Positions 51,901 through 60,900 of a stretch of 64,000 nt of DNA are shown here, one piece after another. Origin of the DNA: Mobula hypostoma (taxonomy: Eukaryota); NCBI RefSeq assembly GCF_963921235.1, contig NC_086097.1, positions 186,994,001 to 187,058,000 of the forward strand, written 5' to 3'. The notes beneath the pieces are model-generated. The model was not told the origin of the DNA, did not search any database, and saw nothing but the letters and a program-made list of their open reading frames with translations. The stretch's first letter is position 1, and each line of letters starts with the position of its first letter. A program made the position numbers and the translations under genes.

Positions 51901-54900
51901 ACGAGGTGGTAAATGTGGGTTTATTTTTAACATTTAAGAATAATTTCGACAGATACATGGATGGGTGGTGTATGGAGGGATATGGTCCGTGGGACTAGGC
52001 CGAAAATAGTTCAGCACAGCCAAGAAGGGCCAAAAGGCCTATTTCTGTGCTGTAGTTTTTCTATGGTTTCTATGGTTTCGAAAAACAGGAAAGCCAGCAT
52101 TGTGGGGACATGCAAACACGAGGAATTCTGCAGATGCTGGAAATTCAAGCAACACACATCAAAGTTGCTGGTGAACGCAGCAGGTCAGACAGCATCTGTA
52201 GGAAGAGGTACAGTCGACGTTTCAGGCCGAGACCCTCCGTCAGGAGTCCTTTTTAGAGTAGCAACTGCACCTGCACTCTGGCAGAAAGCTATGGACCAGA
52301 TGCTGCAAGGTTGCCAAGGCATTGTGTTACCTGGATGACATCATTGTTACGGATAAGAATGACAAGGTGTCAGAAATGACAAAAAAAGATGTCTCAGAGG
52401 CATCTCCAAAATCTGAGAACAGTGTTAAAATGATTAGCGGATCATGAGCTCAAAGCCACAGTGCAACAAGTGTAAATTCATTAAACCACCTATCAGTTAC
52501 TGGGGTCACACTATTGATGCACAAAAATTAAGCAAGTGTGCTGAGAAAATCCAAGCAGTATTGGATGCCCCAGGGCTAAAGGATGTGTCACAGTTGTGGT
52601 CCTTTATAAGATCTGCCAATTACAATAAAAGGTCCTGCCAAACCTGGCTACTGTGCTCCATCCCTTACACTGATTACTACAAATAGGAAGACAAAGCAGT
52701 GTGAGGTGGCTTTCCAAAAGACAAAGGAAATGGTGACATAAGACACTGTACTCACACATTGTGATTCACATCATCCAGTGAAGCTCCCCTGTGACACCTT
52801 ACATTATGGAATAGGTGCAGTCATGTCACATTTTATGGGTGATGGAAGTGAGCACTCCACAGCCTTTGCATCACACTCCCTTACCGCTGCAGCAAAAAAA
52901 TATGTACAGAATGACTGATACCTTGAGTCTGTTTGGGGTGTGAATTGTCTCAACTAGTACTTGCATGGGAGAGAGTTTCCCGTCACTGCTGATCATCACC
53001 CACTGGTGCCATGTTCCATCCACAGAAGGTTGTTCCTCTAACAGCAGCAGCCTGAATGCAGAAATGGGCTGTTTCTTGGAGGACAGAATTACAAGATTGA
53101 ATTCAAGAGGTTGACTAATCATGGAAATGGTGATGTATTGTTCTGTTTACGCTTGGAAAAGGAAATATCTGAAAAATTTACAAAAGAGGACACTCCTGTT
53201 GATGTATTCTCCCTAATGTGAATGGAAAGTCACCCTGTTACAGCAGAAATGATCCAAAGGGAACCCAGTAATGACCCCACGCTGCCTCAGATCTATGTGG
53301 TGAGTCAAAATGGCTGGAATGTGCAACAGGACTCCCAGTTCCCCTATTGTTCTTTCTTTCTTTTTCAATCTTTTTATTAGTTTCATAAAATATAAACATG
53401 ACATAATAGTAGTACAAAGTTATTGGGAATACATTGTTATAATTAACATGAGTAATTATAAAACCAAAAATACTTAATTGACAAAACCCCCAATCATATA
53501 GATACCAATGAATAATACAAAACAAAGAGAAATATCTAGACAAAAATCATGAAAAAGGAAAAAAAATAATAACCCCCCCCCCAAAAAAACTAATCTAAAT
53601 AGAATTAATCAACTAGACTAAAAAAAAGACCTAGGCTGTTTTAACATCGTAAAAAATAGGAGAAAAGAAAACCATAGAAACCATAGAAACTACAGCACAG
53701 AAACAGGCCCTTTGGTCCTTCTTTTCTGCCTAGTCCCACTGACCTGCACACGGACTATATCCCTCCATACACCTCCCATCCATGTATTTGTCCAATTTAT
53801 TCTTAAATGTTAAAAAAGAACCCTCATTTACCATCTCATCTGGCAGCTCATTCCATACTCCTACCACTCTCTGTGTGAAGAAGCCCCCCTTTAAACTTTT
53901 CCCCCCTCACTCTTAACCCATGTCCTCTGGTTTTTTTCTCCCCTTGCCTCAGTGGAAAAAGCCTGCTTGCATTCACTCTATCTATACCCATCATAATTTT
54001 ATATACCTCTATCAAATCTCCCCTCATTCTTCTACGCTCCAGGGAATAAAGTCCTAACCTATTCAACCTTTCTCTGTAACTGAGTTTCTCAAGTCCTGGC
54101 AACATCCTTGTAAACCTTCTCTGCACTCTTTCAACCTTATTAATATCCTTCCTGTAATTTGGTGACCAAAACTGAACACAATACTCCAGATTCGGCCTCA
54201 TCAATGCCTTATACAACCTCATCATAACATTCCAGCTCTTATACTCAATACTTCGATTAATAAAGGCCAATGTACCAAAAGCTCTCTTTATGACCCTATC
54301 TACCTGTGACGACACTTTTAGGGAATTTTGTATCTGTATTCCCAGATCCCTCTGTTCCACTGCACTCCTCAGTGCCTTACCATTAACCCTGTGTGTTCTA
54401 CGTTGGTTTGTCCTTCCAACATGCAATACCTCACACTTGTCAGTATTAAACTCCATCTGCCATTTTTCAGCCCATTTTTCCAGCTGGTCCAAGTCCCTCT
54501 GCAGGCTCTGAAAACCTTCCTCACTGTCTATTACACCTCCAATCTTTGTATCATCAGTAAACTTGCTGATCCAATTTACCATATTATCATCCAGATCATT
54601 GATATAGATGACAAATAACAATGGACCCAGCACTGATCCCTGTGGCACACCACTAGTCACAGGCCTCCACTCAGAGAAGCAATTCTCTACCACCACTCTC
54701 TGGCTTCTTCCATCGAGCCAATGTCTAATCTAATTTACCACCTCTCCATGTATACCTAGCGACTGAATTTTCCTAACTAACCTCCCATGCGGGACCTTGT
54801 CAAAGGCCTTACTGAAGTCCATGTAGACAATATCCAATGCCTTCCCTTCATCCACTTTCCTGGTAACCTCCTCGAAAAACTCCAACAGATTGGTCAAACG

Positions 54901-57900
54901 TGACCTACCACGCACAAAGCCATATTGACTCTCCCTAATAAGCCCCTGTCTATCCAAATGCTTGTAGATTCTGTCTCTTAGTACTCCCTCCAATAACTTA
55001 CCTACTACTGACGTTAAACTCACCGGCCTATAATTTCCCGGATTACTTTTCGATCCTTTTTTAAACAACGGAACAACATGAGCCACTCTCCAATCCTCCG
55101 GCATTTCACCCGTAGACAGCAACATTTTAAATATTTCTGCCAGGGACCCCGCAATTTCAACACTAGTCTCCTTCAAGGTCCGAGGGAACACTCTGTCAGG
55201 TCCCGGGGATTTATCCACTTTAATTTTCCTCAAGACAGCAAGCACCTCCTCCTTTTCAATCTGTACAGTTTCCATGATCTCACTACTTGATTCCCTCAAT
55301 TCCATAGATTTCATGCCAACTTCCTTAGTAAATACAGACACAAAAAACCTATTTAAGATCTCCCCCATTTCCTTTGGTTCCGCACAAAGCCGACCACTCT
55401 GATCTTCAAGAGAACCAATTTTATCCCTTACAATCCTTTTGCTCTTAATATACTTGTAAAAGCTCTTTGGATTATCCTTCACTTTGACTGCCAAGGCAAC
55501 CTCATGTCTTCTTTTAGCCCTCCTGATTTCTTTCTTAAGTATTTTCTTGCACTTCTTATACTCCTCAAGCACCTGATTTACCCCCTGTTTCCTATATATT
55601 TCATACAACTCCCTCTTCTTCTTTATCAGAGTTGCAATATCCCTTGAGAACCAAGGTTCCTTATTCCTATTCAATTTGCCTTTAATCCTGACAGGAACAT
55701 ACAAACTCTGCACTCTCAAAATTTCCCCTTTGAAGGCTTCCCACCTACCAATCACATCTTTGCCAGAGAGCAACCTGTCTCAATCCACGCTTTTTAGATC
55801 CTTCCTCATTTCTTCAAATTTGGCCTTCTTCCAGTTCAGAACCTCAACCCTAGGACCAGATCTATCCTTGTCCATGATCAAATTGAAACTAATGGTGTTA
55901 TGATCACTGGAACCAAAGTGCTCCCCTACACAGACTTCTGTCACTTGCCCTAATTCGTTATCTAACAGGAGATCCAATATTGCATCCTCTCTAGTTGGTC
56001 CCTCTATATATTGATTTAGAAAACTTTCCTGAACACATTTTACAAACTCTGAACCATCTAGACCCCTAACAGTATGGGAGACCCAATCAATGTATGGAAA
56101 ATTAAAATCCCCTACCACCACAACTTTATGTTTCCTGCAGTTGCCTGCTATCTCGCTGCAGATTTGATCTTCCAAGTCTCATTGACTATTGGGTGGTCTG
56201 TAATACAATCCCACTAATGTGGTCATACCTTTCCTGTTTCTCAGCTCCACCCATAAGGACTCAGTAGACAAGCCCTATAATCTGTCCTGCCTGAGCACTG
56301 CTGTAATATTTTCCCTAAGAAGCAATGTTACTCCCCCACCTTTCATTCCTCTGCCTCGATCACATCTGAAACATCGGAACCCTGGAATATTAAGCTGCCA
56401 GTCCTGTAGCCAAGTTTCACTAATTAGTGTCGACGACTCCGTTCCTCTCAATCAACACTACAGAGAAGTAAAATAAGTTTGGAAATGGTCAAATTACATC
56501 ATCTGAAAATGCTGAATAAATGGCCTCCAAGTCTTTTCGAATTTAATGGAAGGGTCATAAACCACACTTGTAATTTTTCCCAAATTTAAACACTACATAG
56601 TTTGTGAGAACCAGTGAAATATAGTAGGAGGGTTAATCTCTTTCCAATTCAGCAAAATGGATCTTCTAGCCATTCAAGTAAGAAATGCAATCATCCGATG
56701 AGCTGAACAGGTTAAGTGATCCCTATTCTTAACAGCACCAGCTGAACTTGTCCTGACGGACGTTGCTTGATCTGGGGATTGAGAATTGTTCTACTATCCA
56801 AGCTGAGTTGGAGTGTTGGAGGAGCTATATGCCGGTCATCTAGATGTGGTGAAAATGAAAGCATTGGCTCGAAGCTTCGTCTGGTGGCCTGGGAAAGATC
56901 AGGAGATTGAGCAGCTTGCCATGCACTGTTCAGGATGCCAGCACATCCAGAAGAAAGGTGTCTGGACCTGTCATACCCACTTCCTGCAGTCCCAGAGTCA
57001 AATCCTACAACCACAACAGATGAGGTCCCAGAACCTGAGATTGTTTCACAGCCCGTCTCACTTGCCAAGCAAAGTGACCCCTCTTGTCAAGATAGATATT
57101 ATCCCACTAGAGTAAGAAATCCTCCACAGCGATTGAATCTTTAGGCTTTAATGGGACAAGTAAAAATTTACTATGTCTATATAGTTGTTGTATTATATCG
57201 TATATTGTATATATGCATATAAGTAGAGATGCATTCTATATCAAGCTGGAGTTTATAGCCAAGAAGGGAAGAGTGTTGTGTATTTAATATTTCAGTCATA
57301 TTGTAAACACATTTTTTGATTAAGCATTATGCAATTTATTACGTCTCTATGTAAAAGTACATGAATGGCATACACTATCACACTAGAACATTTGTGCGTG
57401 CCTAGCTTGAAGTAAAAATGAAGTTAGGCATGCATTCCGATTCCCTTATTTTTTCATTCAATTAGTTTTATCTTTTGGAGTTACAAAGCATTACACCAAT
57501 CCCATAAGCATGTTAGTATTTAGATGTACACTTCCCAGCAAGCAAGGGTAGTAGCAATACAAATAAAGGCAGTAAGGGTCGATGGAGAGGGCTTATTGTG
57601 CACAAGTGTCCCTTTGTTCACTCCTATTAGTGAAAACATCTTGAACCTACTGTGCCAAGCCCTTTCCGAATTGGGTATATTTTAGTAAGACAATCCCTCA
57701 TTTTTCTAAATGCCAAGGAATACAAACTCTACCCGTTTTGCCTTCCTTATTGCGATCATCCATACATCCCAGGAATTATTCTGGCAAATATATTTTCGAC
57801 TGCCTTCAATGTGATCATATCCTTTCTGAGGTAACTGTAAACCCTATAATACTAACAAAGTTCCCTACTTTGAAATTCCAAACCCTTTGCAATAAAGGCC

Positions 57901-60900
57901 ATCTTAATTACGTGCTATACATGCCTGCTAACTTTCTGTGATTCATGCACAAGGCCCCTCTGTACTTTGATAAAAGTGATTCTGCATATGCTAGTAATCT
58001 GGAGAAACACACACAAAGTATTGAAGGAACCCAGCAAGCTAGACAGCATCTGTAAACAGTTGATTTTTTGGACTGAGATCCTTCATCAGGACTGACTCCC
58101 TGTAAAACACTCATTTGCAGACTCTCTCCATGTGGATAGTCTCTGTTCCTCCCACCAAATTGCAATGTTTTCCCAAATTAAACTCCATTCCAACCACTCA
58201 CGCAATCTGTCTACAATCTACCTTAGAATCACAACATCCTTATCACATCTTGCCATTCCATCTATTTTCATGCCACCTGTAAATACACCTACCTTAAATT
58301 TTATCCCTTCTTCAAGCCAAAGGCATAAATTGTAAATAACTGATGGTCAATTATTTACATTTTTGTAAATTAAGCTACCTAGTCCAGCTCTGTTTACCAT
58401 ACGACAACCGATTTTCAATCCATGACTATCATTTTCTACCATGCCCTGACATGTGGCCTGCTATGCAGCTTCAGACATCACCTGAAAGGCAAGAGTAATC
58501 ATAAAGTCACCAGGTTCAGCAACGTCTGAGGGAGTACTTTCATCTGGGCCCCACAGAGAACAATCGCAGACTGCTTCTTCAGCTGGCTGTAGGCAGCAGA
58601 ATGAAGCTGGTTGCACTGGGAGAAACTGGGTTGCACTCATTCTTTGCAACCATCAGTTCACACTCAAAATTATAGGGAGGGCCATCCAAAGGGCACTCAA
58701 GGCAACCTAATTCTAGGGACTGTAACCTCATGTATAATGAGGAATGAATGAAACACATCCATTTAGTAAATATCCCAGATAAGGCACAGCAGGCTGCACA
58801 ACAATGTCAGCACATGCCTCAACACTGACCATCAGGCCCAGCTCATAACGGGTACAAGAATCACCAGGATGTTTATCATAAAGAACACAATATTATACTG
58901 TTAAATTCATACGCACTTGCTGTAAATTACAGTTAAGTACAAGCACATACAAAAATAAGTGTTAGTTTTGCTCTAGAGGCTTGGAGCATTGAACAAGAAG
59001 CACAACTTCAAATTTCATTGTGATAATTGGGAATTTAAATTCAAATAATAAATAATTCAGAAATAAAGAAAACTATTATCAGTAATATTGCCTGTGAAAT
59101 TCCTAAACTGTAGTTTAACACAAAGCCATCTGGTTCACTAACTTCCCCTGGGGAAAGAGATGTCATCCTTCTGTAGTCTGCTCTATTATGCATCGACAAG
59201 AGTATCTGTATGGCTGACTCAGGGCTGTCTCTATAGATCAGGGTTGGTTAGGGAAAGACAACAAATGCTGGTGTTGCCAGCGATATTTACATCCCATGAG
59301 TGAATAAAGACAAAATCAGGAATAGATCATATCTTATTTGGTTCAGGTACCATGTAATAAATAATTTTGAAATAGACTTGAGACTTCATTCAAATTTATT
59401 TCAAAAAGAGTTTGTATGCCATGCCAGTTACACATACATCTTCAGAATTATGGCTTCAATCCAACATAGTTTAATGTCTGAATGTTCAATATGTTCACAG
59501 GATTTTTAGAACAGTCTTCGGGAAAAAAAAGTTATAGGACTAGTATTCTTATTATGGTAATCAAACAATGCATGCTGGAAAGTGCATGATGGAAGTAGAT
59601 AGGGGTCATGCCTGAAGGACTCATGGTCAAAACATCTTTGGTGGTTCCTACATGCATCACATGCTCACTCAATGTCCTATACCACCAAGAGTCGCCACAT
59701 CATTTCTAAGGCAAAATTCATAGTTTTCTATTTAAGTCATTGTTACAGTAATCAGTGTTTCTGAACGTTAATGTTACACACTAATAATTCAAAACAGCTC
59801 CATGGGGGATAAGGGAGGAATCAATGTACTGCTGAAAACAGTGAGGTGGTCTGAGTCATTGTTCTGAAACCTTAACACAATGAGGTATTGAAAAAACTGA
59901 ATTCAAACACTGCATACTGTTTCTTACCTTCACATGGAATTCACCATCCAGCAGAATATTTTGGGCCTTCAAGTCATGATGCAGCAATGGAGGATTCATG
60001 TTGTGCAGGAAGTTTACTCCAAGGGCAATTTCATACAATATACGAAGTCGTAACGACCAAGGAAGTATAGGATAAGTTTCTTTCTATTAGAAAATTATAG
60101 AGCTGTTTTTAGAAAATAATTCATCTGGAACAATAATTTATTATGTGCCTGACACCTCTATTGAATTTAAGATTGTTCCACCTTTTCAGCCTATTTAAAG
60201 GTCCAGCCTGTGAAAATCAAATGATGAAGCGGTTTAGCTAGAAACATGAATGTGCAGCATTCAGTTTTTAGACTCTTGCCAACAAGTGAATGCATTCTTT
60301 CTCCATGACACTTCCTTTTGTTGGAAGGCAAGAAATTTAAAGCAGTAATTCTTACCCCTGCTATTTTCATTGGGGTTCTGTATAAACTAACCAATGCTTG
60401 TTTTAGAGCAGCCAACTGGAAAGATGCCAGAAAGAGGGAGTGCTTTAGTCCAGCAGGAACTTGGAAAGTAAAAATAGACACTCATCATAATAGAGTTAAC
60501 AGAGCTCAAACTCAAGAGCGATGCAGTGGGGGATGGTAGAATAAAGCTACAAGCAAAAACCTTCTGGCATAATGTGGAATAGCCATAATTTGAAGTATGA
60601 GTAGTGGTATCGAAAAAAAAAACACTGCATTGTTGCAATTTAGGTACCATGTGCTGGTTTTGAAAGTTTAACAGCAACTAATATGCCAAACATATTTCAG
60701 GAACCTATGGTCAAAGCCCAAAGGGGAAATTACTCCAAGGCTTTAAAGTATGTAAAATCTCAAAGAAAGAGAACAAATGATCTGGGTCAGAAAGAAGTAA
60801 TGTGCTGTTTAAATTATGTGGCCAGACATTTGAATTAGTTCCTAGATTTTCAGGTATCTAAGCAAATCATTTAGAACTATTCACAAGCTGATTACCACAA

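Larger units (their letters stand above)
48596..57495 (+). mobile_element. Old Gypsy (Mag-like) LTR element hosting nested CR1, PLE and L1 insertions
   Basis: Diverged LTRs about 48596-48800 and 57274-57495 (shared ttcaattagttttat...gagttacaaa); PPT aagaagggaagag; [15 protein letters not shown]...CYLDDII (52255-52350); integrase zinc finger [19 protein letters not shown]...CSGCQ. Confidence 0.85.
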
